64,000 nucleotides of DNA from Savitreella phatthalungensis (GCA_051599415.1 AP039692.1:124001-188000), one strand, 5' to 3'; counted from the stretch's first letter, positions 20,701 to 33,000 are shown. Notes: generated from the letters alone by a model not told the origin. Numbers and translations: made by a program.

Positions 20701-23050
20701 CATGCGACTGCAGTCTCGCCGGCACCGGAACGATGTACGGGCTACATCTCCAGCGAGGTCCTCGCCACTGGCAAAATTGACTGGTTCAGATATCCCTGTC
20801 AAGACTATTGGCATCCCTGTCAGGAACACCGATATGCCACCACCATTACATCCATCCACAGCGCCAGCGGCTACTCGTGCGAAGAAAGTTAATCGCACAC
20901 AGCCGCATGGTGTCCTCTTTGACTACGAACATGGCCGAGACTTGCAGCCACAGGCTGATGCTGCTCATGCTACTGGCACAGAAGACGCGGCGCGGCCAGA
21001 TCGTGGCTCCGCCGGTTCGGAAATGACATTCAGGCCAGTCCAGCCGCCACGATTGTCCGCAATGAACGTGCCACGCCGCAGCATTGCGCCGACGCCTGGC
21101 GCAGTGGATCTCATGGCCCGATCGCAGAGCGCCATGTCGATGGCTACTATGACCTCTGCTGCCTCCGACCTCGAAGAACGTCCCGTCTTGGCTTACAGAC
21201 CAGTGACACCATCGAGCGATATGGCATCCTCGGGCTCGCAGGCCGATGCGCTGACAATTGAATCGATCACACGTTGCATGATCGGTATGCCGATGTACAA
21301 ATACACGCGCCGCACAGCTCGCCAAGGACTGTCAGATAATCGTCACCGACGCTATGTCTGGCTTCACCCCTACACTCGTACACTCTACTGGTCTATTTTC
21401 TCCCCGATGAATGCGCCTGAATCAACCATCATCAAGTCGGCGCCGATTCTCGCAATCCACGTCGAGTCGGATTTCAACCCGCATCCCCCTGGACTATGCC
21501 AGAAGAGTATCTACGTTGCCACACCGACGCGTCCGATCAAGATGACAGCGTTACAAACAGCAGATCACGACGATTGGGTCCGTGCACTTGATTTCCTCGT
21601 CAACGGACCTCCCGCCACAGCTATTGATCGCGTTGCTTCCCCCGGCCAGCAGCTCGCAGCTCGTACCGGATCTCTGTCACGATCTATCTCAACCATCCTG
21701 CGGTCTCCATCGGCATCGCAACGCATCGAGATGGCACGTGACCGATCCACAGGAAGTCTTGGCAGCCGTCTGATGGCCGACCGACACGAAGCTGACGAGA
21801 CCGATGCGGTTGCCGCTGGAATGGCAGCGGAAGCAGAAGCGATGCGTGAACACGATTCCTACCACCGTGTTGTCCAAGAGCTTTCGCCACCACATCGCGC
21901 CCTGCCTTCTCATGGTCTGATCTCAGACGCCGACGCAGTGTCGACGCCACCGAAACGCCACCTCTCAAAGAGCAGGACTTCTCCCAACCTGGCACATGCA
22001 CTTTCTCCAGGTGGCACGAACACCGTGTTGATTTCATCTCCGTCCAAGAACCTGCTTGCGGAGGTCGAATCGAAGACGACGGTCGGTGGTCTAAAGAAAT
22101 CGAGCTCACGCTGGAGCTTACTCGCCAAGTCCCCACTAAAATGGCGATCCGCAAAGAATCTCGCGGCGCTAGCGCAAGATAGCGAGACCGATGGTTCGGA
22201 AGTTGCAGAAACTGCTTCCCCTGTCATCGTCCGGCGAGCGCCTGGAGCGCCTGTACCACGTCAATTGAGTCTTGACGACATCGCCCTGCCACTCGCTGAG
22301 CAAGGCCAACCGCATGCAGCGTTGCTGAACATCACTCGACCGTCGACCTCGCAATCCTTCCGCACGGCCGATGACGAGCTTCCACCATCGGCTCGTATGC
22401 CACCGCCGTCGACGCTCCCCACCGATGATCGGGGCTTGCAACGCGATGGTAGATCACGTGTTGTGACTGGCGGGGCTGACGCACGCTACGTCGCTGATAC
22501 ATCACTCTTCCGGAAATCATCTGCTTCCTACGCATCAGCAGTATCGTCCGCTCGTGATCTCGAACCAGCCGATGTCCGCGCAGTCACCAGCAGCGGCAGC
22601 ACACCTATCAAGCAGAGGAAGCGCCTTTCCGCACTCTTGTCACCCTCTCACCTATCAAAGTCCACTACCGCTGCATCCCCATCGTCCAAACCAGCATCCC
22701 ACCTGCCACGCTCCCTGTCATCCCTATCGCGTCGGGCGGAAGCCGAGCTGCATTCGCGACAGCCACCACCTACCGCCACCGGTCGGCGTGAGAGCTTGCA
22801 CGGGAGTGGGACGTACGATATGCTAGACGACATGCTGTTGCATGCTCACGATGGCGGGCTCGGTGGCCTTGAGAACGTGAGGGAGTGCTGTGGCGGGAAG
22901 CACGATGTGAGTCATCTATGCCGGCCGCCCTCGACCGGCAGGATACCGAGCGCCGGCAGCATCAACTCCGTTCACGCCATCATCGCACACCACCAATCAA
23001 CCTCCGCACCAGCCGCCACATCCAACGACCACGTCTTCGCAACCCGATGA
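17750..23050 (+). CDS. Num1/ApsA/Mcp5-type cortical dynein anchor (coiled coils + PH domain)
   Basis: Long coiled-coil regions. PH domain CMIG.PMYKYTRR...NRHRRYVWLHPYTRTLYWS...W..AL.FL. C-terminal LENVRECCGGKHDVSHL motif as seen in ApsA-like proteins. First ATG at 17750; an upstream exon is not excluded. Confidence 0.82.
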   Translation: MLDDPANPFASAARNNSPAPPGQDVLKAKASIERQLDELDRQLRDVMQVAKPLLGLKDKLQRQVRAIDKHRDGNGNSENIPPDVSARLNLLEKETESTLAQTNVRASPIRKQQSLAGPLTPTNMLSPAPRSRRNHSAVKLHPNQVGATTTNNIEFAANLGEQLIVRVRELQSLLAERDEQLRQVTAQKQKLEVRVETAEETARTGDARESRDKDLLWNAEVQVSELQGSLAAVEAREEKLKLDNARLTSQIKQQQEEMDTLRTNEDELRGQVSDIRGHYTATATEFKVERDLARQERESLYDEISRLKSELEEKNAVRLTRMVSPQKAAPERPEEPSTPVRSPIMSPVKQTPSRNPHLEAETMKGSLEHMMGQLQRARKTAEREKAEKLKLRKELDLVLEELSKLQEEHAQLEQLKVSKVGRSMGASQRGGDGRRTRGRPELMGASRRATSEVSSLVSESENEREHDDSWNDAESDLETAGRRTPTQRRAHNGEDSLYSSPRSYVAAPLDLSAELAGISTSPPTMQKHSGLDLAAELETAEAQSEEQTGPETREIGTMTDPIAPEIPARSTARLSRASRASVSAPEGMSLVPDVPTKALERRLSKADDQSLLVNQLKSEVESLSSALHAAKFEEEALAAQTTARRAAESDLAELRARHAAQLEDNTEQLAQVTALSDRIVILENDAALAHQLATEAAKSHEMQVRALQQQLACADIESKDAGVLSRRLQEELAALRADHADELTRADGVASELSALRERHEAAARRALEADDLEADVDALKAELKTLEQRRLSDLAKASTVVEELRAQIAALQAELDTLRATSDKKLAEAHARTDALAMDITSAQGLVTLAKQKLDTQAAGHQAQVHDLEQDLAEAKELLIMQEKRFAEELNVSRNDATMITKDPVDEMIEELTKAGNVESLGIAETQDIPATAPEQSEPVPVKAPAMAKNPSQASTTGSLEELRDDEFERDFEHYSPQASVRGMRLQSRRHRNDVRATSPARSSPLAKLTGSDIPVKTIGIPVRNTDMPPPLHPSTAPAATRAKKVNRTQPHGVLFDYEHGRDLQPQADAAHATGTEDAARPDRGSAGSEMTFRPVQPPRLSAMNVPRRSIAPTPGAVDLMARSQSAMSMATMTSAASDLEERPVLAYRPVTPSSDMASSGSQADALTIESITRCMIGMPMYKYTRRTARQGLSDNRHRRYVWLHPYTRTLYWSIFSPMNAPESTIIKSAPILAIHVESDFNPHPPGLCQKSIYVATPTRPIKMTALQTADHDDWVRALDFLVNGPPATAIDRVASPGQQLAARTGSLSRSISTILRSPSASQRIEMARDRSTGSLGSRLMADRHEADETDAVAAGMAAEAEAMREHDSYHRVVQELSPPHRALPSHGLISDADAVSTPPKRHLSKSRTSPNLAHALSPGGTNTVLISSPSKNLLAEVESKTTVGGLKKSSSRWSLLAKSPLKWRSAKNLAALAQDSETDGSEVAETASPVIVRRAPGAPVPRQLSLDDIALPLAEQGQPHAALLNITRPSTSQSFRTADDELPPSARMPPPSTLPTDDRGLQRDGRSRVVTGGADARYVADTSLFRKSSASYASAVSSARDLEPADVRAVTSSGSTPIKQRKRLSALLSPSHLSKSTTAASPSSKPASHLPRSLSSLSRRAEAELHSRQPPPTATGRRESLHGSGTYDMLDDMLLHAHDGGLGGLENVRECCGGKHDVSHLCRPPSTGRIPSAGSINSVHAIIAHHQSTSAPAATSNDHVFATR

Positions 23051-23410
23051 GCAAAGTAAGTGAACGGGCGGGATGAGTGTATATAATACGTTGATTGTAG
23101 GGGTAGTAGTATACTAGGTCAGCGTGGTTAATGATGGTTAGGACTATATACGAGCACTTAAAGGTTGCCTTTTGGCTATGCTCGGCTGATTTGGACATGC
23201 GTCAAGAAAGGGCAGAAAGAGGTACGTAGCCTGATGATCCTTGTTTATGATACACAGAAAGCGAGGTGAGATGTCATAGAGTCGTTTTTTCGTTGACTGG
23301 AAGAGAAGAAGAATGCTTTTAGTGGTCGTCGTTTCATACGTAGTTTACGTGTGGCAATGTTTCTTTGGGTGTGTGTTTGGTGGAGGTGGTGGTGGTGGTC
23401 GTGAGGTAAT

Positions 23411-24574
23411 CTACATGGCAGGATCGCTTTGGACTTGCTTGAAGAAGAACATCTTTCGAAGTCTGCCGTCAGACGCAGTCTTCGTCTCGTCACTCGCTCC
23501 CGAGGCGCGCCGTTGAGAGACATTGCTCGGCCCGATAGGCGTCGCTGATGAAGCCGATGAGTTGGACGCTGCGGATGAAGTCGATCCTGGCCGGTAGTCA
23601 AATCGAGAGCCAGCAGGCAACACCGGGTATCTTAATGCCTTGAGTTTCTCGGCATCTGGAGTCTCGGAAGCGGGGTTCGGCGCGGCTACAGGCTTTGTCA
23701 TCGAAGTTGAACCAGCGGCAGCTGCACGAGCGGCTGAGAGGGAAAGCTCTCGCGCTGATGTGGCCTGGTGACCGGACATGCGCTCGCCTGAACGACTGCG
23801 ATGATGAGAAGCTCGCGAAGCTTCACTGTTCAGGTCAGGTACAGCGGAGCACGCCGGAGTGAGCGGTGTAAGTGATGATAGGGGCATGACGAGTTCGGTT
23901 GACTTGGGCAATGATCCCGAGAGTGAGGCGCGTTTCAGCGGTAACGGGCGGTGCTTGTCCATCGACCGGCGCGAGGAAGCCTGGATCGATGAGGTAGTCG
24001 ACGTCGGTTCAGCCTGTGCGAGCGCCAAAGCAGTCAGGCTTGCGGCAGAACCATGAGAGGGAAGGTGTACGCCAGGATAAGCTACTGGACCAGTGGATCG
24101 CCTTTCAGGTACGGGGAGTTTGCGATCACGTACTGGAGAGGTGCTGAGAAGCGTGGTAGCTGAGCCGCTGGCGTGGTTATCTGTGACGGTACCGACGCTG
24201 TAAGTATTCGAGCTGAATGATTCGACGAGCGCTGGCGATTTTTGTGCCGGAAAGTATCCCAGACTTGATGTTGAAGAGTTGTGGATCGACAAGCTCGAGA
24301 GACTAGCGACGGAACTGGTCGGCGTTGTGGCTTTTGGACGCGTTGATGACGCAGATGAGTTGGGTCCTGAAGTTGATCCAGTAGCAGGAGTGAGACCGGA
24401 TGCCTTGATGCGGGCAGCAATATCTGCAGCTGCTTTTGAGCTGCCTATCTCGACTTTCTGACACTTGCGAGAGCAGTAGAGGGAGTCACGATTATGGGCA
24501 GTATCGCAGACTGCGCAAAAGCTGTGAAAATATCCAGCGTCACTCGCCATGTCTGAAGATGGCGTGACAAGCAT
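23411..24574 (-). CDS. Ecl1-family zinc-binding protein (extender of chronological lifespan-like), 387 aa
   Basis: N-terminal FHSFCAVCD......LYCSRKC..E four-cysteine motif followed by a Ser-rich disordered region. The start may be the second Met. Confidence 0.75.
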   Translation of the reverse strand: MLVTPSSDMASDAGYFHSFCAVCDTAHNRDSLYCSRKCQKVEIGSSKAAADIAARIKASGLTPATGSTSGPNSSASSTRPKATTPTSSVASLSSLSIHNSSTSSLGYFPAQKSPALVESFSSNTYSVGTVTDNHASGSATTLLSTSPVRDRKLPVPERRSTGPVAYPGVHLPSHGSAASLTALALAQAEPTSTTSSIQASSRRSMDKHRPLPLKRASLSGSLPKSTELVMPLSSLTPLTPACSAVPDLNSEASRASHHRSRSGERMSGHQATSARELSLSAARAAAAGSTSMTKPVAAPNPASETPDAEKLKALRYPVLPAGSRFDYRPGSTSSAASNSSASSATPIGPSNVSQRRASGASDETKTASDGRLRKMFFFKQVQSDPAM

Positions 24575-26674
24575 ATGTGAGGTGTCCTTTTTGTTAGAAG
24601 GGACGATTAGGGACAGTGATAGGAAGCTGAAGCTAAGCGGCTGACAAAGCCGCCGAAGATTGATGCAGAGTTGACAAGAAAGATGTGTAGAAGAGCTGGA
24701 AAGATGGGGGCCCTTATATGAGGATGTTTAGCCCTGCTGATGAGCGAGTGCTCCGCGAAGTAACTTGTCTTTCGGCTGGACAGGTATGTGCTGATGTGAC
24801 GGTGTTAGCGAGAGATCTGCAGACCTCTCGAGTACTGTCGAACGCGTGGCTAGACTAGGCAGATGAGTTCAGTCAGACAAGTTTTCGTGTTTCTTGCCGC
24901 GTGAAAGTCTCGTGACGTGGAGCAACCTGTGGGGTTAAGGGATGAGGTACTGTAAGATCCGGGGAAACACGCTGCGGGATAGAGTTCAAGACCAATGTGT
25001 CCTTGCCCTGGATCACACGCCTATTGTGTGGAATGATCCTCTGCTGGATGCTGGTGGCGGTGCAGGTGACGGAAGACGCGGATCTGGGATTAGAGTACCA
25101 GTTCTGGTCAGTTGCAATCCCCTGGTCTGATGACTTGGTCAATCACAGTAAACTGTTTGTTGTTCTAGCAAGCGCGTGGATGTGTAAATAGTTGCACGGC
25201 GCTGCTTGCCTGGCTCAAACTCTTATAGCCACGAGGAACGGGCGCGTGGAACTGCGATGGAAGCTCGTTGATGACGCGCGTGGCAATGCGCGTGCTTATG
25301 AAAGCGCTTCGAGAGTACAGGCTGGAACGCGGATTGTCTCCTGCCTAGTGATTGCACGTTAGAGCGGGATTGCTTGATAGCAGAAGAGCGCGCGCGCGTG
25401 TCTTGACTGATGGCACTTGCAATCGATCGGACTCTTGGCTGAAACACGCGTTTGAAGACGCGAGGAATCTTTTAAGAAGCCCTGAAGTCCTGAAACGCTG
25501 CAACTACTCGTGCGCGATGCTTTCCAAGAAGTCAGACTCGAGTCAAGAGGGACTCGATTAGAAGCAAGAGTATTCCCAGGGGGAAGAAGGAAGTAGAGTC
25601 CTGTAGGTGGGAATGTTGTCAAGGGTTCAGTGTATGCTATTGCTACTAATAGTCTACAATTTCTGACTCTGAACAAGAGTGTTTCGTATAATGCACCCAG
25701 ACTCAAACCAAAATCCATTCGAATCAGACTGATCACATACTCGCTCGCCAATCGTCTTCCAAAACTCTTTCAGGTGATCTATCTAGACACGCTCAGCATG
25801 AGGTTATAGATTGGGATGTCCAAGCGATGTGGATATACAAATGATTGAGTGATTGACGCTGATGTGATCTGAAATGCTCCGTCACAATTTATCCCGTTCA
25901 TCCTTTATAAATCTGACTCCAATTAGATTGAGCACATGCTTATCGGACCGTAGACGTGATTGTGGCTCTAGATTCAATCCATCCAATCGATCTCTACCGT
26001 CCTCGCACATTCCCGCAAATCACCAAAAGATCCTCTTCATTGATCCTTCTTTCTTTTCTCAAATTGAAATCGATCGATCGATGGATCTACAAATCAAAAT
26101 CCTCTAATCAATCAGTCTTCCCTCGGATATTTACGCTCCAATTGACGTTCAAAGTTATCCCGTCCGTCAGCCTGACATTCATCTGAAGAACATCGCCCGC
26201 GGGCCACAGACTGTATTTGGACTGCCGGATGAATTACGCACCGTACAATCATGTCAACTTCACACACATTTTCACGTACTGTGCATGCACGACAATGCAG
26301 GCTTCGTTTTTGAATCTACGAGTACGTGTCGAATGGCTTTGACAAAGAAGTTTTTCGTCATATGCCGCTGATCAAGGCTTATATTGAGCACTAGTGTGAC
26401 TGCTGGGCTGGAAGAATAGTCGAGGAACGATGAATGATTACTGGAGGTGTAACAGTAGCAGCAGTATCTACAATGCGTTGCAAGCACCGGTATGCCTTAC
26501 TCGACCACATGATGGATGGCAAAGTGGAGAGGCGGCATGCGCGAGAGCAAGCGTCACCAAAGCTATCAGCGGTTGATCCCACCTTGGGAGACCCAATTCT
26601 CATATGATTATCCCGCGGGCAGTGCAATTCAGATACTCCTTGATTGTATTTGAATTCACGGTCGAAGTCCCTGA

Positions 26675-28090
26675 TTAATGTACAAGATTGACAAATGCTT
26701 GGAGCGCCTCACACCAGCCTATTTGGGGCTCTCCCCCAGGCCTGGTATCCTGGTGGATGACAGCTTGCAGACGCTTGTAAGCTGCTGCGTTGCGATAGTA
26801 GACACCGGTCCGTGGATCGTGGTACCGTGCAGGCAGACCTGTGATTGGACATAGCCAGGCTCGTGGATTCAAGGATTTGCCGGAAAGCCTGGTTGAGAGT
26901 AATAGCTTCTCTGCGTCAATGTGTTTTTGCTGACGGACCTTTGCCATCGCACTGTCCGGATCGATCTCTTCCTCTCCATCCTCGTCATCCGCCTCGTCGT
27001 CCGTCGTCGCAGGGGCAGCAGGGAAATGCTCAAAGACGACATGTCCTGCCGCAAATGTTTGCATCTCCGCTGACGCAGCTGGTTCGATTCGCAATTCGCT
27101 CTGTGTATTGTTATTGTCCGTTACTGCGGGAGCGATTTCATTAGAAACAATTGGTCCGTCTTTGCTGGCGATATCTGCCTTTACCGACATTGCTGGTTCC
27201 GATTCCGATGCAGGGTCTATACTCTTCGGTGCATGAGCCACGCGACTGATGTACCTGACAATCGGCTCAACAGTACGCTTTCTGGCTGCCAGCGCTCTTT
27301 GTGTAGCTTTCTTCTCTTCCTCGTACTGGACGAGCGTATTGAGCGACTCGATGTTTCGTGCTTCTGTCACTTTCGCTTCTGCGAGTCTCTCTTCCTGTGT
27401 GAGCGCACGGACGTGCTCACGCGCTGGAATTGGAGAAGACTCAGCCTCACGGAGTCTCCTTGCAGCTTCGGCCTCTTCAAGCCGCCGAGTTACCTCCCCT
27501 GCCACCTTCACAGCGTGCGATCGTGCACTCGACCGTTTAAGGGACGGATCTAGCTGAGGGAGCGGTGTGATCTTGCGACGTTTGGCAGCAGACTCAGTAG
27601 ACTTCCGGCGTGCTACGGCTCCTGGTGCTTTTGCTTTTGCTTTCGCCTTTGCAAGCACGTCGGCAGCTTTACGCTTCCGAGCTCTCTTCGCCTCCTTCTC
27701 CTGTTCCTTGAGTGCACGCTCACCAGCATCATCGTCCTCTGTAGCAGCAATACCACCTGGACCAGCTTCGTCATCCGATGAAGAGGAATCTAGCTCTGAA
27801 TCGAGGTCAGAGACTTTATCCTGGTCTGAGCCAAAATCATCATCGTCCGCCTCTTCAGCAAAATGTGCTTCAGATGCAATTTCAGCATTCAACATCTCCC
27901 GCAACCTATTCCCTGCGGTAGCACGCTTTTCCCTGCCAAGCGATAGCGCTTCCGGTAGCTCGATTGAGGAAGCATCACTACCATCGGAATCACTCCCTGA
28001 CTCCCCTGAATCATTCTGTGAGCTGGCTGTCTCTTCCTCATCTGCAGGCTCGGAGCGCTGCGGAGATGCGAGCCGGACACGCTTCGCCAT
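26675..28090 (-). CDS. VPS72: SWR1 complex subunit Vps72/Swc2 (YL1), 471 aa
   Basis: REKRATAGNRLREML, LTQEERLAEAKVTEARNIESL, and YL1-C CPITGLPARYHDPRTGVYY. Confidence 0.92.
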   Translation of the reverse strand: MAKRVRLASPQRSEPADEEETASSQNDSGESGSDSDGSDASSIELPEALSLGREKRATAGNRLREMLNAEIASEAHFAEEADDDDFGSDQDKVSDLDSELDSSSSDDEAGPGGIAATEDDDAGERALKEQEKEAKRARKRKAADVLAKAKAKAKAPGAVARRKSTESAAKRRKITPLPQLDPSLKRSSARSHAVKVAGEVTRRLEEAEAARRLREAESSPIPAREHVRALTQEERLAEAKVTEARNIESLNTLVQYEEEKKATQRALAARKRTVEPIVRYISRVAHAPKSIDPASESEPAMSVKADIASKDGPIVSNEIAPAVTDNNNTQSELRIEPAASAEMQTFAAGHVVFEHFPAAPATTDDEADDEDGEEEIDPDSAMAKVRQQKHIDAEKLLLSTRLSGKSLNPRAWLCPITGLPARYHDPRTGVYYRNAAAYKRLQAVIHQDTRPGGEPQIGWCEALQAFVNLVH

Positions 28091-29146
28091 GTAGCTAACT
28101 CAGACCCGTCGGGCGGGAATGCCTGCTGTGAGTTGCACGCACGCTGGTGGAGGTCCTCAAGATATGCCTCAGTCGTTGATCAAGTCGTGCATCCGAATGG
28201 ATCATGAAAGGGTGTTTCAGCTGCCATGTAATGCGAGATCTGTCCACAATGCAGACGGTTTTTATTTTTACTGAGCACAATTGGAAAGGTCGATAGCTTC
28301 CTGATTTTCGCGTTCTTGATCAGATACACGTGTTTAGATCAACCTTTGATCACTCGGTTCATTGCCTTGCGGCGAGGACCTGCTGGCGGATTGAATCCAT
28401 TGCGGTATAAATTTTGAATAAATTATATATTAGACACGATTCAGATTCGGAATTTCTTTTAATAGCCATAGAGCAATCACGCCTAGCTTGACGTACCATG
28501 ACAGGCCCAAATGTATCCGCAAACGTCATCGCCATCTATTCAAATCTGACCTCATCCAGCTAACAAGGTTCCCAAAATGAGACTTGGCAACAGAGCAGCT
28601 CGAGTGGTCGATGATACAAGATTCGAACCGGAGGCAAACAAGCACGGTGAGTAACTGATTATGACTCTGCAGAGTGTCCATCACCCTCAAATGAGGCCAG
28701 AAGATATATTGATTGAATGTGGTAACGGCAGTGCGGCCCGCGGCAGACTTTTGGCAAGCATCAGTACCATAGGATGAACGATGAATCAACTATAGCTGCT
28801 ACCATACAACAATCTCAAGTCTGAGCGCTGTCTGGGAGAGCTTTGGAATGTGAGCACTGTCCAGGTTCAGTACAAATGATAGTTACGTATACTGATAGTC
28901 ATCATCATCAGTACTAGAGTCACCTTGCTTTTCCGTGCTCTCAGCCTCAGTACCTGCCGCATATGTTCAAGTGTGTCTACATCTGCACATAAGTGCATCT
29001 TGCAGCTTCGTTGCCGTCATCTATTCTATGCACTGTGAATCACCTTACTCCTTTGTCCGATTGAATGAGCGAGCGAGCGAGTGAGTGTTGTGTGTGAGAT
29101 TGACTTCATGGGTGATCGAGTTGATGAGTGAGTGAGTGTGTGGTGT

Positions 29147-29182
29147 GAGTGAGTGAGTGAGTGAGTGAGTGAGTGAGTGAGT
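29147..29182. repeat. (GAGT)9 microsatellite, with (GAGT)3 at 29126-29137
   Basis: Read directly from the sequence. Confidence 0.95.
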
Positions 29183-30073
29183 GAAACGACTTTGATCGAT
29201 TTGATCAAATCTGACGATCGATCCTATTCCATTACGCACAAACCCACAAAATCCATCAACGCACGTACGCACATACACTGCATCCATATCCACCCACACA
29301 CCACACATCACACACACTGCATCACACGCAATCACACACGCCTGCTGGCCAATCTGTCTTCTCTACAGGTTCATCCTTTCTCCACGCACATACCCTCCCA
29401 AGACAATATCCCTTTCCCTTTCAGAAGACCTTCTTGAGACTCTCGCATCTGGATCAGTCTCTACAATCGAAGGTCTTCCTCACTGACCAGGAATTGACCC
29501 GATCTCGTGGGCTGGGAGTGCACCATCATACACTACCTTTTCAAGGTCGCTGTAACCATCATCTGAGAACACTGGTGAGATTCTACCTTACGAGAAGGAC
29601 TTCTAGAGACACAAAAATCTGGAATCGTCAAGCACCCATCAAAGGCCCCATCTATATCGAACCGAAGAACCTGCATTCACGTACCAGAGGCGGTCAAACA
29701 TCTTGTTTGACTGCATCGTCCTGCCGTACGAGTTGCCCTTCCTGAAACAAGCACATTTTGTCTGAGCACCTGCCTGCGCAGAAACCTGGAACCTTGCACA
29801 CGGTACACGTCGAAACCCGGACTTTCGTTAGTCGAAGGTCACACCACAAACGCAATTGATATCCACATCCTGGGTCGTCTACAACTCGGACGTATTCGGA
29901 TCATCGTCATTCATCATTTGTCAACATCTCTGGATCCGTCGTTCTGATCAGCATCGTCATTCATAAGTTCATGGTCCGCTGAAGATTCTGACGTCCAAAC
30001 GACTACCTGCCTACGACCTTTCACGAAGACAATCACTCACAAGATCATTCACAACCCTAATTCCTCTTGTCTA

Positions 30074-33000
30074 ATGACGGACTCTTCGACGAGTCAAACC
30101 CAAGGGACTGGCGATGGCTTTTCCTCGTCGACCTTAGCTCCTGCAGCTGGGAGCGGAAGTGCCACGACTGCTGCCGGCAATCCTAGAGTATTCCCAAAAC
30201 GCGCCCGGCAAATTCAGCAGGAAGCCGGCATCGCCTCGCCCTTCTGGCAGCAGCAACAACAACCGTCAGCAACACCGCTCGGGTCCGTGGTAGCGGCGCA
30301 ATCAGGCGCAATCGGTACACCGATACGTAATGGGAGCCCAGCAGATGATTATGACAGCTCGAGTTCTCGTATTTCATCCACGCACACAACGCCAGAAGAC
30401 CGCAAGCAGGTTTCCATCGCCGCAGCCGCCGCAGCAGCTCCAGGACATCACTCTCCGGCGGCCGCACAAATTGGACCCCTGCCACCACTTAGTAACAGCG
30501 TCGCTCGGAGTCGTGGACGTGCGGGCACTTTGCCGTCGAGTTTCGGATCATCTCCAATTACGGCTGGTGCTACCCAGATGGCTCCCATCGGTAGTGCGTT
30601 CTACAACTCGGGCTCCGCTACGCCCTCAAGAACAGAAGCTTTGCGTGGTGGTCCGCAGCACCCTCAACTTATGGACGAGATGTCGCCAAGTGCTCGCATG
30701 CGATCATCTACCTTGTCACATCCCATGACTACCACGAACGACGGTTACGCATCTGCTTTCGGGCCGAGCATATTCTCGTCGACATGGTCGACGCGAGGTG
30801 CGACAGGGCAACCGCTGGCCTTCTCGCCTGCCCAATCTCAGTATTCGCGTGGAGATGACGATCAAACACCTGTTCGCACGCTCGACTATCTTGGCTTGGC
30901 AGAAACACCGACTCCGCCACGACCCATGGGTGGCATACCCGCGGACTACGTCGGCATGACTAACGTGGTTGGCGGCATGCAGCCTGTTTATCGTCGTGAC
31001 CCGAACCGAATCCGTTCTTACTCTGTCAACAACACTGAGAAGTACGATGACGCTGCTGAGTATGCCGGTGATCGGACGGACGATTACGACGAGGCCGCTA
31101 ACTTTATTCAGATGCATAATGTATCGCCGTCACGCCCAAGGTCTCGGACTGCCGGCGTGCTCGAGTCTCCACCCTCTTTACGCTCCAAGCAATATCAGCA
31201 CATGCAGTCTCACTTGGGCACGAGCGTCACTGCTGCAGACCTCGAATACGAGGCCGCTACAGCTGCGGCCGGCAGTGGCGCATCGCAGCTACCGCAGGGT
31301 CACCACTCCTTTCCCGGTCAGCATCAAGAGTATTATGGGCAGCCCGCCGGACCCAGTGATGAGGTAGCCTTCCATCTCAACCACCAGCAGCAATCTTTGC
31401 AGCAGCAACAGCAATCATTCGGCTCTTACGGACAGTCTCAGCAGCCGACACGAGCGCTATGGCTGGGCAACGTTCCGGCTTCGACGCCGTCATCAACCCT
31501 TGTGGCCATGTTCAGCTCGTTTGGTCCGATCGAGTCAGCTCGCGTCCTGACTCACAAGAGTTGTGCATTTGTCAACTTCGATACGCTGGAGAGCGCAGTC
31601 ATCGCTCGCAGTGCATGCCGTGGGAAGGAGCTATTCCCGGGTTCTGGTCCGGCACGCATCGGCTTTGCCAAGGTCCCTTCAACATTACAAGCTACCGCAG
31701 ATGCCTTCGCATCCACGCAGGACCCTGCTGAAGTGGCTGGTGGCGAAAGCGCAGCTGCTGCAGCCGAGCAGGTCGAGGTCCCCTCTCTCGAAATGTCACG
31801 TGATGAGCTCATCTCCCTCGCCCGACAGCTAGGCGCTGATGGTGAAGAGCTCGAAGAGATTACCAGCCTTGTGAGCCGGGCCGTGACATCAGGATCTACC
31901 TATCAACCGCTCGGTGACCTACCGGAGCCATCGTCCTCAGTGAGAACGTTCGATGCGCCACGACTGCGCGACATCCGGAAGAAAATCGATAATAATGTTT
32001 TCGGGCAAGCCGAACTCGAGGCGATTGCACAAGAAATGTTGGATGAAGTTGCAGAACTATCAAGCGACTATCTCGGCAACACGGTTGTGCAGAAGCTATT
32101 TGAGGCATGCAGTGTTGATATCAAATGCTCCCTTCTCGAGCGGATCGCAGCTCATCTTCCAGAAATTGGAGCACACAAGAATGGTACCTGGGCTGCTCAG
32201 AAGATCATTGATTGCGCATCATCGGATCGTGAGAAGGAGCTAATTGTACAGAGCCTTGCTCGCTCGGCCCCGGCATTGTTTCTCGATCAATTCGGCAACT
32301 ACGTATTGCAGTGCTGCTTGCGCTTCGGCCTACCACACGACAATTTTCTTTTCGAGGCGATGGTTGCATGCCCTTGGGAAATTGCGCAAGGTCGTTATGG
32401 CGCAAGAGCAATCCGGGCTTGTCTGGAATCACACAAGACCACACGATCTCAGCAGCGACTCCTTGCGGCCGTCATCATCCTTCATGCGCCCAAGTTGGCG
32501 ACTTCGCCGAATGGCGCATTGCTGTTGACATGGTTACTCGATACATGCACGCTGCCGAACCGCTATGTTGCGCTAGCTCCGCATCTCGCCAGTGCGATCG
32601 TGCCACTGTGCACGCACAAGCTCGCGTCATTGACAGTGCTGAAGGTGGTCAGTCAGCGAGCAGAAGAGGCCGCTCGTGGAATCATCCTTGACGCCGTTTT
32701 CCCTCCGGATGACACTGAGGATTCAGTAATTCATCAGATCCTCGAGGAGCCAGCTCAAGGTCCTACATTGCTCTTCAAGCTCATTACGACACCATATCTC
32801 GACCCAACACTGCATACGAGAACGCACGATGCTATTCGGCGAGCACTACTCGTGCAGCAACGCACCTCGCCTGTTCGTTATTCTGCGCACGTGGGCATTA
32901 AACGCCTCATGGACGAGGTTGGCGTCTCAGCACGAAACTTTACGAGTGATGGAAGCACACGCGCCGGGCCTGTAGGCAATCTTGGCAACGGTACCAGCGT

